IMG/VR virus record: IMGVR_UViG_3300045988_163836
Reading direction: 5' to 3' (one strand)
Length of the DNA stretch: 60,226 bases
Source of the DNA: a virus
The first letter of the stretch is position 1; each line of letters starts with the position of its first letter. A model generated the notes under the pieces. It was not told where the DNA came from, did not search any database, and saw nothing but the letters and a program-made list of their open reading frames with translations. Positions 39,745-52,916 of this stretch are shown in pieces. A program made the translations under genes and the position numbers.

Positions 39745-40731
39745 ATGGAAATAAAAAACAATGAAAAATTATTAGATTCTTTAGTTATAAATAAAGTTCC
39801 ATCTAGGAAAATTTATAATCAAATGGTGAAACAAGGAAAAGTAAATAATGATGAAATATACATTGTAAATAAAGAAGATGACCTTCCTTATAAATATTCT
39901 TTCATTGCACAAGAAGGAGATACAACATTTACTTTTCCTTTTACTGTTGAAAATCCTGAAGATTTAAATATATTTTTTAATGGTATATTAATGACTAAAA
40001 ATATAAACTATACAATTCAAGATAATAAAATTAAGTTATTAGATTTTGCGGCATCAGCTAATGATAGTATTATTGTTCTTAATATTCGAGGAATAGAACC
40101 AGAAGACTATTTATTAGATGTGATAAATGACTTATAGATTATAAAAAATGATACTATTTAGGCTATTGATAATAAAATAAATGAATTGCCAAAAGATATG
40201 AATGAAATGCTATTAACCTCAAAAAATAATATTATGACAACAGGCAAAATAACTATGAATAGTACTTATACACCATCTAATACTGGAGACTTAACCGATA
40301 AAAAATATGTTGATTAGTAGATATAGAATAACAAAATTTCTAAAGTAAGTCAATTAACTAATGATGCTGGATATCTTACATCTCATTTGGTTAGATCAGT
40401 AAATGGAATGACTGGCGATATAAGTATCAAAGGAGCTTATGTTGGAAGTTATATAGGAAATAATGCTTTAATAAAAACTCTTAATTTTAATTTTGAACCT
40501 GCTTATTTGATGCTATTTATGGTGCAAACTAACGCTGGTACTGCTCAAAATTATATGTGTGGCATACAAGGAATGAAATACCCATTTCCTAACAATAATG
40601 GCACTTATGTTAGCTTTACTTGGAATTCAAAATCAGTTATTATTACTGCTGCTAGTAGTTATTATACTAGTATATTCAATAATAACGGTTATACTTATTA
40701 TTATATAGCGATTCCTAAATTTAATAATTAA
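39745..40731 (+). CDS. tail fiber or baseplate-associated protein
   Basis: One frame runs from 39745 to TAA 40729 through 6 TAGs. It contains ...KITMNSTYTPSNTGDLTDKKYVD..., which resembles 38737's ...KITMYSTYTPSANGDVATKKYVDD.... Confidence 0.5.
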
Positions 40732-40744
40732 AGGAGGTTTTTAA

Positions 40745-41185
40745 ATGTCTAAACCTAAACTTATAGAATAGATTGAAAATGCAGGTGGCGTATTTATCGC
40801 AACTAAAGATATTACCACTTATAAAGAAATTAAAGATGCTTGGGACAGTGGTAAAGATATTATTGTAGTATTTAATTCAGATATTTATATGCTAACTGAA
40901 ATCCCTACTGGTAGTAATACTATAAAATTTTATTATAGAGATTTCCGTAATAGAGGTTATTCTACTACGAGTACTAAATATCTAACCTTAACTTCTACTA
41001 ATACTTGGTCTCCGTCAGTAACAATCGAATAGCCAACAGGAATAACTACACCAATGACTTGGAATGGCACTACTCCAATTACTGCATCAGTAAAATATTT
41101 ACGCCCAATATTAATATCTACTGCAGAACCAACAGCATCAGATGGTAATATCGGCGATATTTGGATACAATATGATACAAATTAA
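40745..41185 (+). CDS. hypothetical structural protein
   Basis: RBS aaaggagg lies upstream. TAGs at 40770 and 41028 in one frame. Confidence 0.45.
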
Positions 41186-41198
41186 GGAGTTGATTTAA

Positions 41199-43928
41199 TT
41201 GGCAAAACAAACAATTACTTTAACTAATTTATTAACTAATCCAAGTTTTGAAAAGACAGGTTGGACTGCTAATTCAGCTTGCTCAGTTAGTTACGCCACC
41301 TCTCCTAAACATTCCGGCTCTTATAGCTTAAAAGTCACATCTACCTCAAGTTCTGAATCATTAATTGTAACCTCTGACACATATGCTATCAGAAAAAATC
41401 ATATATATTATATAAGTGTTTATTTTTATGAAACTGTTAATGTATGTTCTGAAATGCAATGTTATTGGCCAATAGCAGAACCATTAGTAGGTATTGCTAA
41501 AGTAGATAAAACTAAATTAAATCAATGGCAGCGATTAAGTTGGCATAATGTACGTGCTAACTGGAATGATAATTAGACAGCTCAATTTAGATTTGATTTT
41601 GAAGGCATGGTGGGAAATACAGTAGCATATATTGATGATGCTATGCTTATTGATTTAACTGCTGCATTCGGCACAGGTAATGAACCTACTCAGGAATGGT
41701 GCAATACTAATATTGAATATTTTACTGGTAATAAAACAATTCAATATGAAGCTCCTAATAAATATGATTTAACTGTTACAACTCCTACAAAAATATAGAC
41801 TGGTGATATATTAAATTGTCCTTATAGTGGGTCTATGAAATCAGTAATTCTTCCAAAAGGATAGTATCAATTAGAATGCTGGGGCGCCTAGGGAGGCAAT
41901 GGAACTAATAATACTTCCTAGCCTGGCGGTAAAGGCGGTTATAGTAAAGGAATTATAACTCTAAATAAGAAAACTAATTTATATTTATATACCGGTGGAT
42001 AGGGCCTTAATGGAACTACTTATAATTCAAATGGAGCAACCACTGCTGGAGGATTCAATGGAGGCGGTTCTGCTACCTCAGTTAATAGTCGAGGAAGCGG
42101 TGGCGGCGGCACAGATATTCGCATTGCTGTCGATTCTTTATATGCTAGAGTTTTAGTCGCTGGTGGTGGCAGTGGTTCTAGTGGCTATACTAGTTTGGCT
42201 GGTTTTGCTGGTGGAGGAATATCAGGCAAGACATATAATAATCAAGACTCATCTAGTGGTGGCAGCTGGTATGGTGGTGGTGGTAGCCAAACCTAGGGTG
42301 GTGCAGCAAATACTAGTTATTCTAATTATACTACTGCAGGAAGCTTCGGACAAGGTGGAAATTATAATAGTGGTTCAAACACTTATTATGGCTCAGGAGG
42401 GGGCGGCGGCTGGTATGGCGGCGGTGGTGCTATCGGTGTTGGAGGTGGTGGTTCTGGTTATATGTACACTTCCAGCTCAGCCTCTTATTATCCTTCTGGT
42501 TGTTTATTGAATTCATCTTATTATTTAACTAATGCTACTATATTAGCAGGAAATGCTGCATTTATTTCTCCAACAGGTACAAGTGAAACAGGCCATGCAG
42601 GTAATGGCTATATACGTATTACCGTTATAGAAGCTAGTTCTGGAAATACTTTAGTGAAAACTACTTCGAATAATTGGAAAGAACCAGTACAAATGTTCGT
42701 AAATACTGGAAGTAGTACTACTATTTCTAGTGGATTAGTTGAATTAGAATACATTGAAAGTACCGGTACACAATATATTGACACTGGCATTAAAGCTTCA
42801 AAAAACCTAAAGGTTGAAGCTGATATAGATGTATCTGCTGCGAGTGGATGGGTTATGATACTAGGTGATTATACTAGTGGTTCATATTTTTCTTGGTGGA
42901 GACAAAATACGACTATGTATGCTTATTATGGAAGTAATAATAAAACGCTTGCAGAATTAACTGGGAAAAGAAAATATATTTCAAATAATACTAATAATAT
43001 ATGGAGCATTGACACTAGCAAAATAACTGTTACTCCAAATTCTAGTGATTTCTCAAAGGATGGAAATAATTTATATTTATTTAGTGTAAATAATGGTGGC
43101 AATTATAATAAAGCTTCAATGAAATTATATTCTTGTAAAATATATGATAATGGTACATTAGTTCGTGATTTCATCCCAGCTAGAAGGATATCTGATGGGA
43201 AAGCTGGCTTATGGGATAAAGTTAATCTTAAATTTTATACTGATGAAAATGGTGGCAATTTTACAGCAGGCACAGAAAAATCTGCTATTGCAGCAATAGG
43301 AACACCGATTGAATATATATAGTCTAGTGGCACATAGTATATTGATAGTAATTTTATTCCCAAAGCTACAACTCGCACTATTATGAAAGCTGAACCAATG
43401 TCTTGGAGTACTTGGGGTGCATTTTTTGGCACAAGAAATGCTACTTCTCCTACTGCTTCTCAAGCTTATAATGCTGCAATTCCAGCCGCTACATTATATC
43501 GTAGTGATTATTTTGGTTCATCATTAACTGCTGAAACTCCTACTGTTATGCAAATAACAAATATTGATAAAAATAAAAATATATGTTCATTTAATAATAT
43601 TATGATTACCAATACTTCTAGCACAGTAAATGCTACAACTAATATGTTTTTATTGGCATTAAATGATGTTGGAACCGCTAAATACTTTTTAAGTGCAAAA
43701 TTATATTCTTGTCAAATTTATGATGGAAACACTTTAGTCCGCGATTTTATTCCAGTTAAAACTACAACTAATATTTATGGTCTATGGGATAAAATAAATA
43801 AAGTATTCTATAAAAACGCCGGAACAGGCACCTTCACTGGCGGACCTGCTGTTACCTTGACCGGCTGGCATAAAATAAAAGGTATATGGGCAAAAACTGC
43901 CGCAAACACATGGAGTTAGGCATTATAA
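41199..43928 (+). CDS. giant Gly-rich tail fiber or host-recognition protein (about 909 aa) with a duplicated C-terminal domain and about 13 in-frame TAGs
   Basis: TTG start (MAKQ) follows aaggag. The ORFs at 41199, 41607, 42462 and 43383 are all in frame 0 and are separated only by TAG codons. A Gly-rich region reads GGGSGSSGY...GGGGWYGGGGAIGVGGGGSGY. A C-terminal domain occurs twice: (I)ESTGTQYID...KLYSC(K/Q)IYD(N/G)(G/N)TLVRDFIP...GLWDK. Confidence 0.6.
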
Positions 43929-44018
43929 AATTTGATTTTTAAAAAATTATTTTATATAATATAAATGTAAATAAGAAATAAATTTTTTATTTACAGCATT
44001 TAACTCACCCCCTTTCTT

Positions 44019-44060
44019 GAATAGGACATAATAATTAAATTATTATGTCCTATTTTTTAT
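44019..44060 (+). terminator. rho-independent terminator
   Basis: AATAGGACATAATAATTAAATTATTATGTCCTATT followed by TTTTATTT. Confidence 0.65.
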
Positions 44061-44097
44061 TTATATAAGAAAGAAAAAGTAAGAAGGAGGTATACAA

Positions 44098-44532
44098 ATG
44101 GCTTCAAAAACTAGTACAAATTTAAATACTCTTTCTATCAATCAAATCCCTACTAGAGCTTTATATAGACAATTAAAAGAGGATAATTAGTTAAATGAAG
44201 AACAATCATTAGTAATTATAGACGATGATTTTGAATAGCGTCTTTATAAAGATGAAGTAAATGTAATGAGCGCCAATGGTAAAATTTAGATGGCGAATAA
44301 CTATGTCCCAATATCTGGTAATGATATAGCTACTAAAAATTATGTGGATAATAGTAATCCAACTATAACTCCTACTGTTGGTTTTACGTCAAACAATTAG
44401 ATTTATATTGGGACTACTGCTCCTTCTTCTTCATCTGCTCTTATTTGGGTAGATATTTCTAGTAATGGAGTATTGAAATATCGTACATCATCAAGCGATT
44501 CATGGAAACCTATCCCAGTTGCTTGGGGCTAA
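44098..44532 (+). CDS. tail fiber-related small protein
   Basis: RBS aagaaggagg lies upstream. There are 5 in-frame TAGs. The C-terminus KYRTSSSDSWKPIPVAWG is paralogous to the end of 38737. Confidence 0.5.
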
Positions 44533-44556
44533 TAAAAAATAAAAGGAGAAAGAAAA

Positions 44557-44880
44557 ATGAAAATTATAATTAATAATTTAGTTGATAAACCTATTGATAA
44601 TTTAAGTTTTGTTACAGAACGAGCTTACCATCCTGCTTCTGATGATTAGCCAAAAACAATGTTTTTATTAGAAGCAGCTAGAGGAAATGTGCCATCTAAT
44701 TATAATATAAAACAAATGTTAGGATGGCTTATGGAATTAGATAAAATTGAAAATATAAAAGTTTATAATGATAATGAAGAACTAATTTGGGAATATAATA
44801 ATTATAATAAAGTAGATGAAATTTTTATTATGAATGATAATGGAGTCCAAATTAATAATTTAATTATTCATTTTGTTTAA
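44557..44880 (+). CDS. hypothetical protein
   Basis: RBS aaaaggag lies upstream. One in-frame TAG. Confidence 0.45.
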
Positions 44881-44883
44881 CAT

Positions 44884-44930
44884 CAATGCTTGAAAAGCTT
44901 GTTCTTAAAATTTGCTTTTCAAGCATTTTT
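44884..44930 (+). terminator. rho-independent terminator
   Basis: AATGCTTGAAAAGCTTGTTCTTAAAATTTGCTTTTCAAGCATT followed by a T-run. Confidence 0.65.
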
Positions 44931-44954
44931 TTTATATAATAATAAAAAAAGAAG

Positions 44955-46958
44955 GTGAATAAAATAAATTAGTATAGAGATGGACCTACTAGAGCATTTT
45001 GGCCTACAGTTTTTGATGGATTTGAATTAGAAATTCATTTAGTAGACCATTGCAACTTACAATGTAATAATTGTAATCATTTTTCTCCTTTGGCTTCTCC
45101 ATTTTTTATTACTTACGAAGATTTTCAAAATTAGCTAAAATTAGTAAAAAAAACTTTGCCTTCTATTAAAGTTTTAATGCTATTAGGGGGAGAACCATTT
45201 TTACATCCTAATTTAATAGAATTATGTTAGATAGCTAGAAATATTCTCCCAGAGATAGAAATAAAGATATTAACTAATGGTATAATTTTAAATAATTATG
45301 ATACAAAAAAATTAAAAAAATTAGAAGAATTAAATATACATATAAGTATTTCTAAATATCCTAATCAAGACTACAAAGATTTTAGCAATAATAAAAATAT
45401 CTCATATTTAAATGATAGATTTTTCTTTGATTAGACATTGGTTGACCCTTTAGGTAAACAAGATAATAAAACTCGTATATATAGTTGTCCAAATAGGATT
45501 CCTTGCTTTACATTAAAAGATTTTAAAATATATTTTTGTCAGTTTGGGGCACACATAAATAATTTTTGTAATTATTTTTTTAAACAAATTCCATTAATAG
45601 AAAATAAAGATTTTATAAAACTAACAGAAAAAACAAATTTACAAGATTTATAGAATTTAAAATTATGTGAAAAAAATATATGTAAATATTGTCGGCCAGG
45701 AGATGTGGTTGATTGGGATCAATCGACTAAAACTTATGATGAATATACTAAAACAGAAAAAGAATTATTCTTAACAAATTATAATGAATATTATAAAAAA
45801 TTTGTTGATTTTTCTAATTTTTAGGATTTTTCAAAAAAGAAATCTTGGAATAACGTTGATTCTTGGTATGCTCCTGATAAAATGAGGACATTTAGAAAGC
45901 GCAACGAAGGAAAAATTGATATTATAATTCCTTTTTATACAATAAATAAAATATATTTTTAGAAATGTTTAGATTCTGTCTTTAAACAAAGTATTATTAA
46001 TGATTGTGTAATCTATTTAATTAGTGATAATTCTCCAGATAAAAAATATGTATATGAATTTTATAAAACTTATAATAATATATACAATATAATATTATTA
46101 GATACTTAGAAAACTAAATCAGGCCCTGCATCAGCTAGGACTCTAGGAATTAATAATAGCTTCAATAAGTATTTTTTCTGTTTAGATAGTGATGATTATT
46201 TTTATGATAATAAGGCTTTAGAAAATTTATATATATATGCTGAAAATAATAATTATGGAATTGTAAATGGATAGACCTATGATAAAAATGAATTTATCCA
46301 TGACGCTCATAGTTATTTATATAATAGAGAATTTTTTATAAAAAATAATTTTTCTTATGGCAAATTTATTTATAATGAAGATAGATTTTTATCATTATAG
46401 ATTTTTGATTTTTATAATGGTGCAATTCCCTTCTTAGAATAGCCTATTTACGTATATAATAGAAATAATGAAAGTATGGGTAAAGATATTAATTTTTTAT
46501 ATATGACAATAAATGAATTAATTGTTTTTACTTATTTTTATAGACAATATTTAACAAATAAAAAATATGAAAATAATCATTTTATTTTCGAACATATTTT
46601 TAATAAAATTATTGTAAATTTATCTATAATAGAAGAAGTAACTGATAAAGACAAAGAATATCTAAAAGATATAAAACAAGAAGAAGCAATTTGTTTAAGT
46701 CTTATTTGTTTAATTTTAATTAATGATAAAATTTTGTTTAATAAGTTATCATTGTTTTATAAAGATTTATTAAATAAAATAAAAAAAGAAGATTTTATTA
46801 AATTAAATAATACTGTATTATTTAATTTAAATAGTCTATTTAATAAAGGAAATCATATACTTGATAATAATAAACTAATTAAACAATTTATTAACAAAGA
46901 GTATATTGATTTTATAAAATACGAGGAGGAAAAATATGGCAATTAGTTCAAACTCTAA
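44955..46958 (+). CDS. radical SAM domain fused to a family-2 glycosyltransferase domain (start uncertain, possibly GTG 44955)
   Basis: HLVDHCNLQCNNCNH contains CxxxCxxC. GGEPFLHP is also present. The C-terminal half carries GT2 features: IIIPFYTIN...ISDNSPD...CLDSDDYF (a DxD motif). The frame is continuous through about 12 TAGs to TAA 46956. No in-frame ATG lies near the 5' end. Confidence 0.55.
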
Positions 46959-47451
46959 AATAAATTGGAGTGATATTTAGACTATTTTTACTAATTTAAA
47001 TACCGCAAGAAAAAAATTTTTCCCTAGTTAGAGTGATTTTCAAGCGACTCCTGGAGGATAGTCAACACAAGCTATGGCTCAATTAGCTCAGAATTTAAAT
47101 AAGTATATAGAATCTTTTTCCAGTAGCAGTTATGTTGGTTCAAGAGCAAATATTAGTGAAAATCCTCCTTCGGCAGGAGATTTAATTAGTCCTATTATTT
47201 TTAATAGATTTACTACTACAATTAGAAGCATAAATGATACTTGCGCTCATGATGCGAGTTATAATGCTAGCCATAGAGGTAGTGGATATAATAGTAGTTG
47301 GGATAGTTCTGATTATGGAGCAGGATGGGATACTTCTTATAATTCTTCTCATGATGGTTCAGGTTATCATTCTTCCTATTGGTCAGGGGTTAATCAAACC
47401 TGGTGTTCATCTCATGGATGCTCTAGTCATTACGGTTCTAGGCACACTTAA
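46936..47451 (+). CDS. Ser/Gly/Tyr/His/Trp-rich small protein, a candidate modified-peptide precursor
   Basis: RBS GAGGAGG precedes ATG 46936. There are 4 in-frame TAGs. The C-terminal 60 aa read HRGSGYNSSWDSSDYGAGWDTSYNSSHDGSGYHSSYWSGVNQTWCSSHGCSSHYGSRHT. It sits between radical SAM genes. Confidence 0.45.
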
Positions 47452-47471
47452 CATTTAAAGGAGAAAAAGGA

Positions 47472-48905
47472 ATGAAATATATATCGGATTTTTCAATAGA
47501 AGAATTATCTATTATTGGAGCTTGTGGATGTAATTTAAATTGTAAATATTGTCATTCAGCTTAGGCTGTAAATGAATATAGTAAATAGTTACAAGAATAG
47601 ACTATAAAGGCTCTTAAAGATGGAAGTTATTTATAGAATATTAAAAATGTTATGAAAAAATTAGAAGTTGATCCATTAAATATCCATAAAATAAGTTTTT
47701 GGGGTCAAGAACCTACATTAGTATTAGAACATTTTACTAAAAATTTAAAAGATTTTTTTGAATTATGTCCCAATATTAATGAATTTTTTACTTCTACTAA
47801 TGGTATGGCTAATACTGATAAAATAATTGATTTTTTAAAAACTTTTGATAATTTAACTAAAAAACATTCATTTATTTGTATTTAGTTTTCTTATGATGGA
47901 GATTATAGTACTGATAATGTAAGAAGAGCTAATTCTAAAGTAGTATATAATAATTTAAAATATTTAATAGAAACTTTAAATACAATTCGTTTTAATAATA
48001 TTACTATTGCTCTTAATACTCATGGAGTTATTAGTAATGAACTCATAAATCATTTTAATAATAATTACAAAGAAATAGAATAGTATTTTATTTAGGCTAA
48101 TGAAAAAATTCAATATTTAACTAATTTAAATCTAAATAAATCTGTTTTTATCAAAAATACTATAAATTTCTCTAGCGAATTACCTATTAATACTTCTAGC
48201 ATTGATGGTATTAATTGGAGTAATTTTATAAAAATTTGTAAATCAATTGGAGAACATTATCCAGAAATTAATAATCCAGATAAAGACTCTATTGAAGGAT
48301 TATTGTGTTTACCTCGAAAAGCAAAAAAATTTTTATTAAAAAATTTGGAATGTTCTAATTTAGATGAAGCTCTTGATAAAGTTTTAGCATTCTCTAATAA
48401 AGAATTAAAGAATTATAATAGAAACTTAACTCCATTCTTATATTGCGGAGAAAAAACAGGAAGCTTAAAACTTTTATATGATGGAACATTAGTAAATTGT
48501 TAGAGTTCTCTTTATGATACTAATCCAGAATATATTAATACTAATGATAAAATTGGGATTATTAAGCAATTTGCCGCAAATCATCATAATTATATAAATC
48601 CATTGAAAGATAAAGATGAAGATATAAAAAATTGTTGTTTTTTATTTGAAACTTTATCTGTATCTAGTTTTTTTTATGTATATAATTAGATTGTTTCTTT
48701 ATTATGTAATTTACGAGAAGTGCATTAGATAAGTCAAAAATTTAATGATGATAAATTTTTAATGAAAGCAGCATTATTATTAGTACCTATACATTCTTGC
48801 TTTTTTAACAGTTTAATCAGTACTGGTTCTTATTTCTTTAGAGATAGTGGATTTTTAAGAAGATATTGTAATGGAATTATTGAAGAAGTTTTGGAGGAAA
48901 AATAA
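47472..48905 (+). CDS. radical SAM enzyme
   Basis: IIGACGCNLNCKYCHS contains CxxxCxxC. The frame is continuous through about 14 TAGs. The TAA stop overlaps the next ATG. Confidence 0.6.
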
Positions 48906-50275
48906 TGATAACAACGTCTATTGATTTCCAATAGGAAGAAAATATTCTATTTTAGAATTTTATTTTTAATCATGAATTAAAAAAGATGGAAAATGAAATA
49001 TTAGAATTAATTATAAGACAAGACTGTAATCAAAAATGTGATTATTGTTATATAACTAATTATGGCAAAGAATTATATCCAGAACATTTTTCTAATTCTT
49101 AGATATTAGATAATTTAAAATTATTATTAGATTATTTTGATAAAAAACAAATAAAACCTTTAGAATGGTCATTATTCGCCGGAGATTTATTTTATGATGG
49201 ATTAATTTTTGAAATACTAGATGTATTTTTTCCGTATTTAAAAAAATGGTATGAATTTGCTTATAAAATAAAAGAAAAAGGTAAACTAGTAATACCTACT
49301 AATGGTAGTTTTATTTCTGATAATGAAAAAGTAATAAAAATAAAAAAATATATCCAAAAGATGAAAGATATAAATGTAGAAATTCATTTTTCATTTTCTA
49401 CTGATGGGCCGTATAGCACTGAATTTAGAGAACATAAAGATTTAAATGATGAATATTTTAATAAATTATTTGAATTTGCTACAGAAAATAATGATGGCTT
49501 CCATCCTATGATTTCTAGCCAAAATGTTGATAAAGCCATTAAAACTTATGATTGGTTTAAAAAGAAATTAAAAGAATACAATTCATGGTAGAAAACTCCT
49601 TATATGTTAGAAGTTCGAAATAATAATTGGACTCAAGAATCTATAGAGAATTATAAAAAATTCTTAAAACATATCTTTGAAGATAGATTGAATGATTGCA
49701 ATAATGATATTAATACTATGGCTTATGCAATGTTTAAAGGGGATGGGGCTAATAATACTCCTACATTTAATGAGCACAATGGAGATCCTATACGATTAAT
49801 GAATTTATCAGATAAAGAAGACAGACATAACCGAATAAGCTGTGCATTGTAGTCTACTGTCCATATAAGGGTTGGAGATTTAGCTATCGTTCCTTGTCAT
49901 CGTACTTGTTATAATCATTTAATTGGTGGACATTTTAAAATAAATGATGAAAAAACAGAGATAATTGATTTAATAAGTGATAATGCCACAGCTTATATAG
50001 GAATGAAATCTTTTAACCCTGTTTATGCTCCAAGATGTTTAGAATGCTGGTGTAGAGATGTCTGTATTAAAGGATGTTTGGGAGCTTAGATAGAAACTTA
50101 TGGTGATTTTTCTATCCCTTGTTTATCAGTTTGTAATTTATTTCAAGAAAAATATAATTATTTATTTAAATTATATTTTGAAACTGGAGTTTTGAAAAGT
50201 GCGAAAGATCAAAAAATATTACCAAAAGTAATAGAAAACATAGCTATAGAATTGGGGTATGATTTAAATGGATAA
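48905..50275 (+). CDS. radical SAM / SPASM-like enzyme
   Basis: RQDCNQKCDYCYI contains CxxxCxxC. The C-terminal Cys cluster reads PCHRTCYNH...PRCLECWCRDVCIKGCLG...IPCLSVC. About 6 in-frame TAGs. Confidence 0.6.
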
Positions 50276-50525
50276 TTTAGATAATATTTTAAAAGAAATT
50301 ACAAATAATATTATAAAAGAAAATAAGGGATATATGGATTTATTATTTGTTATATACAATAATATGGTTACTTTAGAAGAACCAAATCCAGAAGTCAATA
50401 AAAAAATAATTTATACCTTAGCAAATTTATTATAGAATTAGGATTTACGACTAAAAGATTTAAATATAGATTATTCAAAAGAATTAAATAAATTAACAAA
50501 TTAGCTATATTCTATAGGAGAATAA
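50268..50525 (+). CDS. small hypothetical protein (85 aa)
   Basis: ATG overlaps the upstream stop. About 4 in-frame TAGs. Possibly an accessory or second precursor. Confidence 0.35.
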
Positions 50526-50527
50526 AA

Positions 50528-51376
50528 TTGATTAAATTTACCTTACCTGATTTTTACTATTTTCATACTGTAAATGATAAATTTATTAATTTATCAAGAA
50601 GCCATACTAATTGGCTTCTTGATAAAAACATAGTTTTTTCCTATATTAGAGGGACATTCCCTTATAATATTTGGAATGGAGGATTAAATAACATGGTTGG
50701 TGATACTTTATTGTATCCTAATATAGAATTAATAATTAAGCAAAGTAATTTACCTTTGTGGTTAGATTTTTCTAATATTTTATTAGAAAAATCAGATTTC
50801 TATGATGTAATGAGTAATGTAATTTTAAAATTATTACCAAATAATTGCATTTTTGAAATTAGTAATTTAGATTTATTAAATTATATAAATAACAAATTTC
50901 CTAATTTGAAATATGTTATTTCTAAAAATGCTAATATCTTATATCCTCTTACTCCCGATATTATAAATAATTTTCATCAAAATTTAAATCCATTATATAT
51001 AATAATCCCTAACGAGTTTAAAACTTCACAGCAATATTTAAATGAAATTAATAATAAAGAAAATATTATAATTCCAGTTAATAATCTTTGTAATCCAAAA
51101 TGTAAAAATTATTTTCAATGTCCAATAGTAGAAAATAATAATATATTAAATTATACATTTGAACCTACATTTTGTAATTGTAAAAATTCTATAAATAATA
51201 AACAATATATAACGATTAAAGAAATTAAAGATATTTATATCCCTATGGGTATCACTAATTTTTTAATAGATTATTTCTCTAACAATGAAAATGAATACGG
51301 TCTATTTTTAATTAATTATTTTATTAAACCAGAATTTAAAGAATATGCCTTTCAAGAATTATTTATAAGGAGATAA
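50528..51376 (+). CDS. Cys-motif paralog A (unknown function)
   Basis: TTG start 7 nt after GGAG. Contains NIWNGGLNN and the Cys cluster LCNPKCKNYFQCP...FCNCKNS. Paralogous to 51387 and 53695. Confidence 0.5.
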   Translation: MIKFTLPDFYYFHTVNDKFINLSRSHTNWLLDKNIVFSYIRGTFPYNIWNGGLNNMVGDTLLYPNIELIIKQSNLPLWLDFSNILLEKSDFYDVMSNVILKLLPNNCIFEISNLDLLNYINNKFPNLKYVISKNANILYPLTPDIINNFHQNLNPLYIIIPNEFKTSQQYLNEINNKENIIIPVNNLCNPKCKNYFQCPIVENNNILNYTFEPTFCNCKNSINNKQYITIKEIKDIYIPMGITNFLIDYFSNNENEYGLFLINYFIKPEFKEYAFQELFIRR

Positions 51377-51386
51377 AATATAAGTA

Positions 51387-52319
51387 ATGATTAATTTTAA
51401 TTTACCAGGTATGTATGAAACATACCAATTAAATAAATTAACAATTGAACAACTTAATAAATAGCCAGAAATTTTTAATAAAAATATTACAATTCATGCT
51501 TGTTATGGAAATTTCCAATTTTGTTCTTGGGAAGGCGGCAGAACTTTTACTAATTTTAAAACTCATTAGGCTTTAAAGAAAGATATTGAGGAAATTTTTA
51601 ATTTTTATAATTCTTATAATATTGCGGTCAGATTAGTTTTTACAAATTAGTTATTAACTAAAGAAAATTATAATAATCGTTTTGAAAATCTCATTTTAGC
51701 TATTGGAAATAATGGATTGAATGAAATTGTAATTAATAATGAAGGGTTAGAAGAATATATTAGAAATAAATATAATAAGTATAATTTTATTTCTTCAACC
51801 ACTAAAAGAATTACAAATTTAGAACAAAGTTTAAATGAAATTAAGAAAGCTCAATATAAATTTATTTGTTTAGATTATGATTTAAATTCTAATATAGATT
51901 TTTTAAAACAAATTCCTTTAAATTTAAAAAATAAAATTGAATTATTATGTAATGCAATTTGTATTCCTAATTGTCCAAATCGTATTAATCATTATAAAAT
52001 CAATAGTGAATATGCTTTATCTTATGGAAAACCTTATACATTAAATTGTAAAGCAGTTAAAAGTGTTAATAGCCCAGAAGTTATTGCTTATAAGAATACA
52101 GTAACATTAGATAATATTTATAATTTGTATTATCCTCTTGGTATTGAATAGTATAAATTAGAGGGACGTTCTTTAAATTATATTGATAATATATGTACTT
52201 ATGCTCGATATTTATTATTACCAGAATACCAATATGATTTTATTGAACATTGTGTAACAGATATTTTAGGAGTCACTGATGAACGACAAATACTGCTTTG
52301 TAACACTTGCAACAACTGA
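51387..52319 (+). CDS. Cys-motif paralog B
   Basis: FCSWEGGRTF, then ...ELLCNAICIPNCPNRINHY. About 6 in-frame TAGs. Its 3' end overlaps the GT8 gene. Confidence 0.45.
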
Positions 52320-52914
52320 TAAATATATTAAATGTGCTTGTGCCTTATATTTTTCATTAAAAAAAGTTAATAGTAAATATCCATTTTTACTATTAACTAC
52401 TAATAATGTATCAGATATTTATTTTAAAATTTTAAAAAAAAATAATATAAATTATAAAATAATAGAATAGCCAATTTATTTTTGTGGAGATTCTAATTTT
52501 TATAAAGATACCGCTAATAAATTTTTTATTTATACTTTAACTTAGTACAAAAAAATTTGTTTTATAGATGCTGATATTTTAATTGCTGAAAATATTGATA
52601 ATATTTTTGATTATCCAGATGGTAGTTTTTATGAAGTATATGATAACTAGGAATCTAAAGGACGATTAAGTGGCGGAATAGCTATAATAAAGCCAAATAA
52701 AAATTTATATAAATCAATATTATAGTTTTATATAAATTTTCAAACAGATGAAGAAATATTTAATATCTTATATCCTAAATATTATCATTTACCAAAATTT
52801 TATTATAAACATGATACTGACCATTATCCTGATAAATGGGCTTTTCATTTAACAATATTTAAAATAAAAAAATTAATTGAACATACAAAAAATTTAACTA
52901 TACTATTGAGGTAA
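52279..52914 (+). CDS. family-8 glycosyltransferase (glycogenin/LgtC-like)
   Basis: CFVTLATTDKYIKCACALYFSLKK...FIDADILI is the GT8 N-terminus with a DxD motif. There are 4 in-frame TAGs. Confidence 0.55.
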
Positions 52915-52916
52915 CT

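Noticed and set aside
42163-42510. ORF 42163..42510 (MVAVVLVAIL...) and similar alternative-frame ORFs (22769..23086, 33350..33556, 37038..37268, 7081..7281, 9943..10161, 10171..10368)
   Set aside because: These are alternative reading frames through Gly- or Cys-rich repetitive coding sequence of a longer gene that is continuous in another frame when TAG is read as Gln.
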